From Candidatus Omnitrophota bacterium (lineage in GTDB: Bacteria > Omnitrophota > Omnitrophia > Omnitrophales > Aquincolibacteriaceae): DNA of 64,000 bases. Below, in pieces: positions 56,090 to 64,000 of this stretch. Both the position numbers and the translations under genes were made by a program. Numbering within the stretch: position 1 is the stretch's first letter; every line of letters starts with the position of its first letter. The stretch covers positions 14,841 to 78,840 of the forward strand of contig JAUYMS010000026.1 of the NCBI GenBank assembly GCA_030698625.1, in the 5' to 3' direction. The notes under the pieces were generated by a model. It ran no database searches. It was not told the origin of the DNA and saw only the letters and a program-made list of their open reading frames with translations.

Positions 56090-57391
56090 TTACGTCCTTA
56101 CTAGTTCGAGCTCGGTGTTGAGTATCTCAATGCGTCTGTCGATGATGGGTGCCTCGCGGAAACTTTGCCAGACAATCCCATCATGCAGAAGATTGGCGAG
56201 TGAAAGAAAGGCCATGGCCTGATTCGGGGTAAGGTAGTGTTTTGCTGTATCTCCGGTCTTCCAGTTCAGGGAATCCTTAAAACCATAGGCGACCTCTCCG
56301 AGGCTAAGGTCTTGGGACGGCCGGGCCCCCAACTCTTCCATTTTGAGAAGGTTTTTAACGGCCTCCTTGGGGAAATAAATGGCCGCCATCGCCGAGGCAT
56401 AGGGGGCCACAATATCGTCCCTGAGCTCCCCATAAGCTAGATAACGGCCCTGGGGCGTCAGGCATGAGGACCAGCCCCAAACGGGAGCCCCGATCGTGAC
56501 CGCGTGCTTGATCTGCGATCGCACATAGCTGCGTTGAGATTCACCCATTGCAGATTTGCTCTCGTCGATGAATAAACCCGAAAGGTATTGCACATAGAGG
56601 CCGCCTTCTTCCATGCCGGAGACAAAGAATTTCTCTCCCTCGATTTCTTGAACCGGACGGATGAGCGAAAACCAGTGCGTCTTCGGAACCAGCCCCCGTG
56701 CGACAAGATAAAAACTAAGCAGCCGTGTCTCTGAAGCAAAATATTTGTAATACCAATGCCCCCAAGGTTGATAGACGGCAAAGTTATTTGTCGTCACATT
56801 ATAGCCGCCCTTAAGCCAGCCCGTTCGCGCATCATAGAAATCTTTGAAATCCATGCGCTGAATCAGCTCGTGGATCTTAGGGCCAATCTCGGGAAAGGCG
56901 ATCTCGGGAAAGGTCGACTGCGTGACCAAAAACCCTGCGATAAGACTGGCTAGATGGGGTCCGTATGTGAATTCGCTGCCGAATGTCGGCTCCAATGTTC
57001 GGATGACAAACCAAGGCCTCGGAATGCCCCGCCATGTTTCCACTTTCTCCAGACTGGAGAGAGCGCGCAATACACGCCCTTCCGCATCACTCGCTGAAAT
57101 TAAACCCGTGCGATACGCAATGGATGTTGCAGCCAAATAAAGACCGACATTCGTAACCGAAGTCGGAGGCTGGCGAGAACTAGCGTCATACGGAAGGCCC
57201 GACTGGGGTTCTACATATTCAGACAAAAAACGCCACGTATCTTGATAGAGATTGAGGAGGTAGACCGTCTCATCGGGACTCAGATCATCAACCGTGCTAA
57301 GCTCGGTGGCAGACGCCTGAGGAACCCCCACGATCAGCAACGTGCTGATCAGGAAAGCCATACCCCGCTTGGGAAAAGGAATGGATATCAT
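56090..57391 (-). CDS. Secreted hypothetical protein, possibly a glycoside-hydrolase-like fold (DUF3131-like).
   Basis: Signal peptide MAFLISTLLIVGVPQASA. Tryptophan-rich soluble domain. The family guess is from memory only. Confidence 0.35.
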   Translation of the reverse strand: MISIPFPKRGMAFLISTLLIVGVPQASATELSTVDDLSPDETVYLLNLYQDTWRFLSEYVEPQSGLPYDASSRQPPTSVTNVGLYLAATSIAYRTGLISASDAEGRVLRALSSLEKVETWRGIPRPWFVIRTLEPTFGSEFTYGPHLASLIAGFLVTQSTFPEIAFPEIGPKIHELIQRMDFKDFYDARTGWLKGGYNVTTNNFAVYQPWGHWYYKYFASETRLLSFYLVARGLVPKTHWFSLIRPVQEIEGEKFFVSGMEEGGLYVQYLSGLFIDESKSAMGESQRSYVRSQIKHAVTIGAPVWGWSSCLTPQGRYLAYGELRDDIVAPYASAMAAIYFPKEAVKNLLKMEELGARPSQDLSLGEVAYGFKDSLNWKTGDTAKHYLTPNQAMAFLSLANLLHDGIVWQSFREAPIIDRRIEILNTELELVRT

Positions 57392-57410
57392 TTTTTTATT
57401 ATATGCCTAT

Positions 57411-57845
57411 TTACCGGGTCTGGGGTCTTCTTTTTTGCTGGTGCTTAGGCCTCTTACGACGGCTAAGGTCCTCCCGAAATCCCTGAACCACCAGCACTGA
57501 GACCGCATAGTTCAGGAAGAAATAGAGCAACCATACTACAAACGCGCCCCTAATGAAGGATACAACATAGGGACTCCAGTAGATCACTTTACGGGCACTT
57601 AAAAAGCTGTAGGGCCCTGCGGAGGCTGAGGCGTGCTGGGCAAGATAACTGCGCCATCGGGTCTCCTCTGTTCCGGCCACCCGAACCTCAAAGGGTTTGC
57701 CGGTCGCATCCTCCATTTGATAGAAGATGAATTCGGCCGTAGTAGACGGTGTCAGCGCAGCTAAAATAGCACCGATAGCGATGGATAGTACTACGGTAAA
57801 GTAGAAAAAGGTTCTCTTCCCCGAATTGGGTCTCTTAGGACTCAT
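57411..57845 (-). CDS. Hypothetical membrane protein. The start is uncertain.
   Basis: Two or three transmembrane helices and a basic C-terminus. The ORF-track N-terminus overlaps the upstream gene, so a later ATG is preferred. Confidence 0.4.
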   Translation of the reverse strand: MSPKRPNSGKRTFFYFTVVLSIAIGAILAALTPSTTAEFIFYQMEDATGKPFEVRVAGTEETRWRSYLAQHASASAGPYSFLSARKVIYWSPYVVSFIRGAFVVWLLYFFLNYAVSVLVVQGFREDLSRRKRPKHQQKRRPQTR

Positions 57846-58344
57846 TGATGTCTTCCGCCGCTTCATCCCTATTGATTGCGCATAGGCAGGACCATTCGGA
57901 CACCGCACCATAAGTCTTATATAGATAGAGTGTCGAAGCCCGGAATAGGCCGTATTGGCTATCTCCGATATCTTCAGCCAGTCCGGCTTGAACATCGGCA
58001 CCGAGATCGCCGTAAACCAAACTCAGGTGTGGTTGATAGGGCTCGGGCTTGCCTCTGCGGAAAATCCGACATGCGGAATCGTATGCATTATTGAGATGCT
58101 GTGACGGTTCAATCTGCAGAAAGAGATGGTGATAATAATCCTGCCCCTTGTCACAGGCTCCTAAAACGAGATCCAACGGAAGTACATCCTTGGCCAGCTT
58201 GGTGGTCTTGGCGATCATTTCTTCCTCAGGAATCTCGATCTCGCCAATGAGGGTCACATGCGGGAGAAAAACGGGAGTCAACAACTTCCGGCTCAGACGA
58301 GAGATTAGAACCTCCAGCCGGTCTTGAGTCTCACCCTCCGGCAT
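57835..58344 (-). CDS. 2H phosphoesterase (LigT-like 2'-5' RNA ligase / cyclic phosphodiesterase). The start is uncertain.
   Basis: Two H-x-T/S-x motifs, LPHVTLIGE and PHLSLVYGD. The ORF-track N-terminal ~60 codons overlap the fmdB-like gene. Confidence 0.6.
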   Translation of the reverse strand: MPEGETQDRLEVLISRLSRKLLTPVFLPHVTLIGEIEIPEEEMIAKTTKLAKDVLPLDLVLGACDKGQDYYHHLFLQIEPSQHLNNAYDSACRIFRRGKPEPYQPHLSLVYGDLGADVQAGLAEDIGDSQYGLFRASTLYLYKTYGAVSEWSCLCAINRDEAAEDINES

Positions 58345-58363
58345 CAACCAGATAGAATATCCC

Positions 58364-58663
58364 CTAAGTTCCCTCACTTTTCTTTTTCGAGTCGGACCCC
58401 TCAGAACTCGACTTCTTACCATCAGTAGGTTTTGAGGGTTTCTTGTCTCCGGAGTCTTTCTCGGCCCCCTTCTTATAGCTCTGAGATCGGTAATCGGTTT
58501 CGTAGAAACCACTCCCCTTGAAGAGAATGCCTCCTCCGCCCCCAATCAAGCGCCGCAGCTTCTTGCCGCACTTCTTGCATGTGGTTAACGGATCTGCCGT
58601 GATCTGCTGAAACGCTTCAAAGGTGTCTCCGCACTTCGTACATTCATAGTCATATGTCGGCAT
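58364..58663 (-). CDS. FmdB-family zinc-ribbon protein with a Lys/Ser-rich tail.
   Basis: MPTYDYECTKCGDTFEAF...CKKCG: a CxxC...CxxC ribbon with the N-terminal signature typical of this family. Confidence 0.75.
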   Translation of the reverse strand: MPTYDYECTKCGDTFEAFQQITADPLTTCKKCGKKLRRLIGGGGGILFKGSGFYETDYRSQSYKKGAEKDSGDKKPSKPTDGKKSSSEGSDSKKKSEGT

Positions 58664-58754
58664 AATACAATCTCCCGGAAATAATAAGGGACCGTCCTAG
58701 AACGGCCCCCGAATCACACATTAATACTGTTTTGCAGTGACGAATTATCGGATG

Positions 58755-59051
58755 TTACTTTTTAACTACTTTTATGTGAGCAGCAGTCATGGAATCGGCT
58801 TCCCAGCCTTCTATATCGTCACTACCCATCCTCTGTCGGCTTCCCTGGACATAAATTTCGAACCAGAGAATATCAATGAAGTTACGGACGACATCTCTGG
58901 ATTCGTCGCAATGTGCGCGGATTTGCTCGGTGAGCTGATTAAAGTCACGCTGGTATACGTCCAGATCGCTATCCCGCAGACTTGTCCACCTGTTCTTGAC
59001 GCGTTCCTTGAAGCGTTGCCAGCAGCGTGTTAAGTTTCTATCTTGAGACAT
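58755..59051 (-). CDS. CsbD-like general-stress-family protein with a C-terminal extension.
   Basis: KERVKNRWTSLRDSDLDVYQRDFNQLTEQIRAHCDESRDVVRNFID matches the CsbD WxxLxDDDL...G.IQERYG pattern. Confidence 0.5.
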   Translation of the reverse strand: MSQDRNLTRCWQRFKERVKNRWTSLRDSDLDVYQRDFNQLTEQIRAHCDESRDVVRNFIDILWFEIYVQGSRQRMGSDDIEGWEADSMTAAHIKVVKK

Positions 59052-59135
59052 TGCTCATTCCCTTCGGAGTGTGCCCCTAATATAATGATTTTCCCTTTTT
59101 TTTCAAGCCTTTAGTTGCTATACTCAGTCCTTCAT

Positions 59136-60191
59136 ATGGAAACGACCGTCCAGGAAATCGCCCATTTGGTGGGGGGTGCCGTCGTCGGAGACAGCGAGAC
59201 ACCCATCAGTGGCATAACTAACATTGAAACTCCTCTCGAAGGCTTCATCAGCTTTGTTGAAGATGAGAAGCATCTGAGTGCCCTTGAATCTTCCCCCATT
59301 GCCTGCCTTATAGTGCCTAAAAATCTCGAGAAATCGAGCAAAACGTTGATTCAGGTGGACGCACCGAAGCTAGCATGGGCCCGCCTTCTGAGGGAATTTT
59401 ATCCTGGCCCCGTATATTCCCAAGTGGTTTCTGAGCAAGCCTTTATCGCCAAAACCGCCAAATTAGGAAAATCAGTCACGGTGGAACCCTTTGCCCGCAT
59501 CTCAGAAGGAGCAGAAATTGGCGATGGGGCCGTCATTCACAGCAATGCTTTCGTTGGTGACAATGTGAAGATTGGATCCGGCACGGTTGTTCACCCAAGC
59601 GCCGTCATCTATCATAATTCCCAGATCGGGAGTGCCTGCATTATCCACGCAGGGGCAGTCATCGGAGCCGATGGTTTCGGTTATGTCGGGACCTCCCAAG
59701 GCCTGGAAAAGGTGCCTCAGGTCGGCAACGTTGTCATTGGCGATGGCGTCGAAATCGGCGCCTGCACCACAATTGATCGCGGCACAATCGGCTCCACGAA
59801 GATTGGAGCCGGTTGCAAAATCGATAATTTAGTCCAGATTGCTCATAACGTCGTCATTGGCACTCATACCGTTATATCCTCACAAACCGGCATTTCCGGC
59901 AGCTCAAAGATCGGAGCCTTCGTCACCATGGGCGGCAAGGTCGGCGTCGGTGATCATGTCGAGATCGGCGATGGCGTCATGGTTGGGGCAGGTTCTGGAT
60001 TCCCAAGCGGCAAGAAAATTCCCCCCAAGCAGATTGTTTTCGGAGCACCGGCGCGGCCCTACAAGGAAGCGCGCAGGCAGATCGCGGCGCAATGGCGTTC
60101 CGCCGAAATGTACGAGGAAATCAAGAAGCTACGCAGGAAAGTTGAAGCATTAGAAGGTAAGCAAAAGGGCCTGCCCGAAGTCAGCTCCTAA
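59136..60191 (+). CDS. lpxD: UDP-3-O-acylglucosamine N-acyltransferase. The ORF-track TTG at 59115 is an alternative start.
   Basis: LpxD N-terminal domain followed by left-handed beta-helix hexapeptide repeats and a C-terminal helix. Confidence 0.85.
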   Translation: METTVQEIAHLVGGAVVGDSETPISGITNIETPLEGFISFVEDEKHLSALESSPIACLIVPKNLEKSSKTLIQVDAPKLAWARLLREFYPGPVYSQVVSEQAFIAKTAKLGKSVTVEPFARISEGAEIGDGAVIHSNAFVGDNVKIGSGTVVHPSAVIYHNSQIGSACIIHAGAVIGADGFGYVGTSQGLEKVPQVGNVVIGDGVEIGACTTIDRGTIGSTKIGAGCKIDNLVQIAHNVVIGTHTVISSQTGISGSSKIGAFVTMGGKVGVGDHVEIGDGVMVGAGSGFPSGKKIPPKQIVFGAPARPYKEARRQIAAQWRSAEMYEEIKKLRRKVEALEGKQKGLPEVSS

Positions 60192-60196
60192 GTCTT

Positions 60197-60796
60197 TCAG
60201 ATTGTCGAAGGACGTCCAATCAAGCTCAAAAATTCTGAACGCACCCGGTGATCATTCCGGAAATTTCCGAGCATCGCACTCGTCACCGTATAGGCACTAC
60301 TTTTCTCGACGCCGCGCATGGCCATGCATAGATGCAGGGCCTCAATGACGACGCCCACTCCCGACGGATTCAAGATCGACATGAGACACTCTGCAATCTG
60401 GCAGGTGAGACGCTCCTGAACCTGCAAGCGCTGGGCAAAAACCTCCACAACACGCGGTATCTTGCTCAGCCCCACAATTTTGCCGTTTGGAATATAGGCG
60501 ACATGCGCCTTACCGTAGAATGGGAGCATGTGATGTTCGCACAGAGAGAAGAGCTCAATATCTTTGACTACAACCATTTCTTCATACGATTCTTCAAAGA
60601 CAGAGCCATTGATGACTTCAAGAGGATCTTTCCAATAGCCCTGCGTCAGAAACTGGAGGGACTCGGCTACCCGCTTCGGCGTCTTTTGCAATCCTTCGCG
60701 GGTGGTGTCCTCTCCTACTAGGCGCAGTGTTTCGGCAACCAACTCCTCAATTCGCGCCTGCTTGTCGGGTTCTGCTGCAATCATCATGCTTGTCAT
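60197..60796 (-). CDS. folE: GTP cyclohydrolase I.
   Basis: CEHHMLPF active-site motif and the FolE C-terminal pattern. Confidence 0.9.
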   Translation of the reverse strand: MTSMMIAAEPDKQARIEELVAETLRLVGEDTTREGLQKTPKRVAESLQFLTQGYWKDPLEVINGSVFEESYEEMVVVKDIELFSLCEHHMLPFYGKAHVAYIPNGKIVGLSKIPRVVEVFAQRLQVQERLTCQIAECLMSILNPSGVGVVIEALHLCMAMRGVEKSSAYTVTSAMLGNFRNDHRVRSEFLSLIGRPSTI

Positions 60797-60811
60797 GGTC
60801 GTATTCCCTCC

Positions 60812-61840
60812 TCAAACAGCTGTTGGATTCAAAGCTTGGGTCAATGCCTGTGCGGCTCGGGCAAAACATGCCGCGGCCGGTGATTCGGGTGCTGCCGCGA
60901 CGATCGGATTCCCACTATCACCGCCCTCGCGAATATTTTGGTCTAGCGGAATACTTCCTAAGAACGGGATCCGGAACTCCGCTGCCGCCTTTTCTCCCCC
61001 GCCACTGCCGAAAATAGATCCCGTCATATTCTCAATAATACCCAGTATGGGAACTTCGGTCTTACGAAACATAGCAATACCTTTGCGTACATCCGCCAAG
61101 GCAACTTCCTGAGGGGTTGTCACGACAACAGCGCCCGAGAGCGGTACGGTCTGCACGAGTGAGAGTTGTACATCACCTGTTCCAGGCGGAAGATCGACGA
61201 GCAGGAAATCCAATTCCCCCCACTCGACTTTCTGTAGGAGTTGTGTCACCGCGCCATGGAGCATGGGACCGCGCCAGACCATCGGTTGATCCGGAGCAAC
61301 AAGTAACCCCATTGATATCATCTTAATCCCCTGAGCTTCGATCGGCAACATCTTGTCATTCTCACTCACTCGCGGTTTACTCTCGTGTGAAACGCCAAGC
61401 ATCATGGGGATATTCGGCCCATAGATATCACCGTCCATGAGCCCAACGCGACAGCCAGCCCTGGCAAGTGAAAGGGCGAGGTTAACGGCCACCGTAGACT
61501 TGCCGACGCCGCCTTTCCCACTGGCTACGGCAATCACATGTTGAATGCCCGGCAACGGTTGTTTGGCGGAAAAAGACGCGCTCTTCGCAGCGGGTTTAGA
61601 CAGACGGATTTGAACGTCGCGAACGCCGTCGATAGAACTGATCACGCTCTGGACTTCACCCGCGATCTTCTCGCGCGCTCCGGGTGCCGCACCGGCGATC
61701 TCCAAGTCAATGGTGACCTCCCCCGAGTCGATCTGCACGCCCTTGACCATCCCGAGCGCAACAATACTGCGTGATAACTCCGGGTCCTGCACCCCTTTCA
61801 GGGCTTCGATAATTGTGTCTCGACTCATTGATTCTGCCAT
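60812..61840 (-). CDS. apbC: Mrp/NBP35/ApbC Fe-S cluster carrier ATPase with an N-terminal DUF59 domain.
   Basis: ASGKGGVGKST deviant Walker A. CxxC in the C-terminal half. N-terminal MIP18-like domain. Confidence 0.9.
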   Translation of the reverse strand: MAESMSRDTIIEALKGVQDPELSRSIVALGMVKGVQIDSGEVTIDLEIAGAAPGAREKIAGEVQSVISSIDGVRDVQIRLSKPAAKSASFSAKQPLPGIQHVIAVASGKGGVGKSTVAVNLALSLARAGCRVGLMDGDIYGPNIPMMLGVSHESKPRVSENDKMLPIEAQGIKMISMGLLVAPDQPMVWRGPMLHGAVTQLLQKVEWGELDFLLVDLPPGTGDVQLSLVQTVPLSGAVVVTTPQEVALADVRKGIAMFRKTEVPILGIIENMTGSIFGSGGGEKAAAEFRIPFLGSIPLDQNIREGGDSGNPIVAAAPESPAAACFARAAQALTQALNPTAV

Positions 61841-61861
61841 GACTGTTTATTGATTCCTTCC

Positions 61862-63031
61862 TTAGGAGTGAGCTGTATGCTCTGACATATCAAGCTCACG
61901 TAATTCCGTAACTGTATCGCGCAGAATTTTTACAACCTCACGGATATCCGATTCCAAAATAGGCCGTCCGAAGCTGAAACGCACTGAGGAATTCGCCTGT
62001 CGTGAGTTCAAGCCCATCGCTGTCAGCACATGCGACGGCTCCAGAGAACCGCTCATGCAAGCAGATCCGCTTGAAGCATAAACTCCCCGCTGGTCTAAAC
62101 ACATCAAGAGCGCTTCCGCGTCAACTCCCTCAAACTTAATATTACTCGTGTTAGGAAGACGCTCGCACTCGACGGCATTAACAATACTATCGGGAATTGA
62201 AGAAATCACCTCTGTTTCAAAAGCATCCCGCAAAGTCTTAAGACTCGAATGCGTTTCCTGCATATTGTTTTTCGCCAAACGGCTCGCAGCACCCAATCCT
62301 ACGATACCAGAGACATTTTCAGTCCCTGCCCGCTTTCCTCTCTCCTGCGAGCCGCCGAAGATTAATGACTGATAAGGTGCCGTCTTCTTCACATAAAGCG
62401 CTCCGGCGCCCTTCGGCCCATAAAACTTATGTGCCGACAGCGAGACATAATCCGCTGCGAGATTCTGGACATTGAGATCGCATTTCCCTACGGCCTGAAC
62501 CGCATCGACATGAAAGAGAACCCCCCGCTCCTTCGCCAACTGAGCCACTTTATCCACAGGAAAGAGGGCGCCCGTTTCATTATTGGCTAACATCACGGTG
62601 ACGACTGCGGTATCTTGGCTTAAGGAATTGTGTAGTTGTTCAAAGTTCAAACGCCCGTGCCCGTCGACCCCGATTTCGATGACTTCGTAGCCTTCGGCGG
62701 CAAGCTGCCGGCATAATTTAAGTACGCTCGAATGCTCAACGGCCGTTGTCACAATGCGTTTGTTCGGCGCAGACGCTCTGAGGGCGGCACGAATCGCCGT
62801 ATTGTTGGCTTCTGTACCACCGCTGGTAAAAACAATTTCTCTTTCATCGCTGGCGCCGATCAGCTCGGCAACATTTCGCCTGGCATCGCGTAACGCGCGG
62901 GCGGTCGCCCTGCCCTTCTCGTGAATGCTCGAGGGGTTACCGAAGTCGTGCTTGAGACAGGGTTCCATTGCAGCCCATACTTCGGGAGCAACGGGTGTTG
63001 TCGCATTGTAATCTAGGTAGTAGGGTGTCAT
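61862..63031 (-). CDS. Cysteine desulfurase (NifS/IscS family, class V aminotransferase).
   Basis: YLDYNATTP N-terminus, FTSGGTEANN, PLP-lysine region SAHKFYGPKG, SSGSAC active-site cysteine loop. Confidence 0.9.
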   Translation of the reverse strand: MTPYYLDYNATTPVAPEVWAAMEPCLKHDFGNPSSIHEKGRATARALRDARRNVAELIGASDEREIVFTSGGTEANNTAIRAALRASAPNKRIVTTAVEHSSVLKLCRQLAAEGYEVIEIGVDGHGRLNFEQLHNSLSQDTAVVTVMLANNETGALFPVDKVAQLAKERGVLFHVDAVQAVGKCDLNVQNLAADYVSLSAHKFYGPKGAGALYVKKTAPYQSLIFGGSQERGKRAGTENVSGIVGLGAASRLAKNNMQETHSSLKTLRDAFETEVISSIPDSIVNAVECERLPNTSNIKFEGVDAEALLMCLDQRGVYASSGSACMSGSLEPSHVLTAMGLNSRQANSSVRFSFGRPILESDIREVVKILRDTVTELRELDMSEHTAHS

Positions 63032-63153
63032 AATATTTTCCGAAGCACCGAATCCTTATAACCTCATATAATAAATTAGGTTACGATAGGTGCGAGCGAG
63101 TGATCGGCAACGCCATTATGCCACGAATAGGGCCAAAGTCAAGGAGAGGGGTT

Positions 63154-64000
63154 TTAGCTGCTTCCCTTGAGAAGCTCGTTAAATTGGGTCAAGGCTTCTC
63201 GGGACATGAACTGGTGCAGAACGGCGCCGGGTTCCATTTCCGGATAATACTCCAAGGCCGTATCATAATGACGCAAGGCCAGGGCCGAAAAGCGGTTCGC
63301 CTGTTGGGATCCGGTAGCTTTGAGCGTGGATTCCATGTAAAACCCACAGGCAACAAGCTCTCCAACATAGTATTGCGGTAGATTTTCACGCATTTGCTCA
63401 AAAGTGTTTCTAATTCCCCTCTCGTCCCCCGTCTTCAAAAACAGAGAGGCCCGGCGCTCATAATTCACCATTTTAAAAGGGTTGCGTTTTATGGCATCGT
63501 CTACTGCCGCGATGAAATTTTGGAAATCCTGCGGATTCGGACTCTGCAGGTATTTCCGCCTGTAATATCGTGCTAAGTCTTCGGGGTAGCGAGCATGGAA
63601 AGGGTCCAGCTTGGCAGCCTTCTCCAGCCCCACGACATGTGTTTTATCCAGTGCAAACCCATACGCCAGCACTTCGCAAACAGCAATTCCGGCGGAAATC
63701 AAAGTAACCATTAATAACACCGGCAGGGCTAACTTATGCCATGGGAACCCTGAGGGCTCTTTCTTATCGACCGGAGGCATAAGTTCCGCCTCGGCCTTGC
63801 AGAGTACGGTGCCTATGCCGATCATCAGCATGGCCATCCAGAAAATAGGCGGCAGGTAAAATGTATAGTCTACCAACGCGTGCAGAAGAACCGCCGACAG
63901 TGAAGAAACAGCAGCAAGCAAGAAATAGGCATGAAAATAACTGGCCGAACTGATTGCTGTTTTCACCCCGCGAAAAAGAGCACCCACAAAAATGGCCACC
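63154..64000 (-). CDS. Membrane protein with a C-terminal helical-repeat (TPR-like) domain. It is probably 5'-truncated by the window edge.
   Basis: The ORF is open to the end of the window. It has hydrophobic N-terminal segments and a soluble C-terminal domain. I recognise no firm family. Confidence 0.4.
   Translation of the reverse strand, partial: VAIFVGALFRGVKTAISSASYFHAYFLLAAVSSLSAVLLHALVDYTFYLPPIFWMAMLMIGIGTVLCKAEAELMPPVDKKEPSGFPWHKLALPVLLMVTLISAGIAVCEVLAYGFALDKTHVVGLEKAAKLDPFHARYPEDLARYYRRKYLQSPNPQDFQNFIAAVDDAIKRNPFKMVNYERRASLFLKTGDERGIRNTFEQMRENLPQYYVGELVACGFYMESTLKATGSQQANRFSALALRHYDTALEYYPEMEPGAVLHQFMSREALTQFNELLKGSS

Noticed and set aside
1-64000. Search for CRISPR arrays, IS elements, integrases and rRNA/tRNA genes.
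   Set aside because: I saw no regularly spaced direct repeats, no transposase/integrase-like ORFs and no rRNA-like stretches. Every ORF of 60 aa or more is accounted for as a gene or a shadow ORF.

Overview
The window is dense in protein-coding genes, most of them on the minus strand. I found no rRNA or tRNA genes, no CRISPR array and no obvious mobile element. The sequence looks like it comes from a Gram-negative (lpxD is present), probably uncultivated bacterium.

The core is a cell-wall/division (dcw) cluster at 5.7-18.4 kb on the minus strand, in the order murE-murF-mraY-murD-ftsW-murG-murC-murB-ddl-ftsQ-ftsA. It is non-canonical in three ways:
- There is no ftsZ after ftsA; a convergent Ski2-like helicase overlaps the ftsA stop instead.
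- There is no ftsI/ftsL/mraW/mraZ before murE. That slot holds a 198-aa membrane-anchored protein of unknown function, followed by an OmpA/Pal-like lipoprotein.
- The FtsA has degenerate ATP-binding motifs.

Upstream of the dcw cluster on the same strand is a tightly overlapping gene string: a tandem-GAF protein with a degenerate HD-GYP domain, a dGTPase-like HD hydrolase, a HIT protein and a P-loop ATPase. Beyond that lies an operon pairing a GspS-like circularly permuted ATP-grasp ligase with a fusion of a receiver domain to a YvcK (UPF0052) domain.

Other content:
- pncB, thiD, two stand-alone CheY-like receivers, a secreted trypsin-like protease, a CDF transporter, an FAD oxidoreductase and a DCC-thiol-oxidoreductase/lipase-maturation-factor fusion.
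- A HAD hydrolase, a Upf1-like SF1 helicase next to a TreT-like trehalose synthase, and an operon of DUF4301, an orphan ClpX-like unfoldase without the zinc-finger domain, and YjbQ.
- mutS-mutL.
- A long operon: fused otsA-otsB (trehalose-6-P synthase/phosphatase) followed by a complete Opp-like ABC transporter and a Zn-ribbon membrane protein.
- A multiply frameshifted Nramp-like transporter pseudogene.
- A promoter/SD/terminator-equipped 25-codon lysine-rich small ORF containing 15-bp tandem repeats.
- An LigT-like 2H phosphoesterase, an FmdB Zn-ribbon protein, a CsbD-like protein, lpxD, folE, the Mrp/ApbC Fe-S carrier and a NifS-like cysteine desulfurase.

Gene start sites were refined by hand where an ORF-track start produced an implausible overlap. 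All family assignments come from reading motifs in the translations, not from database searches.
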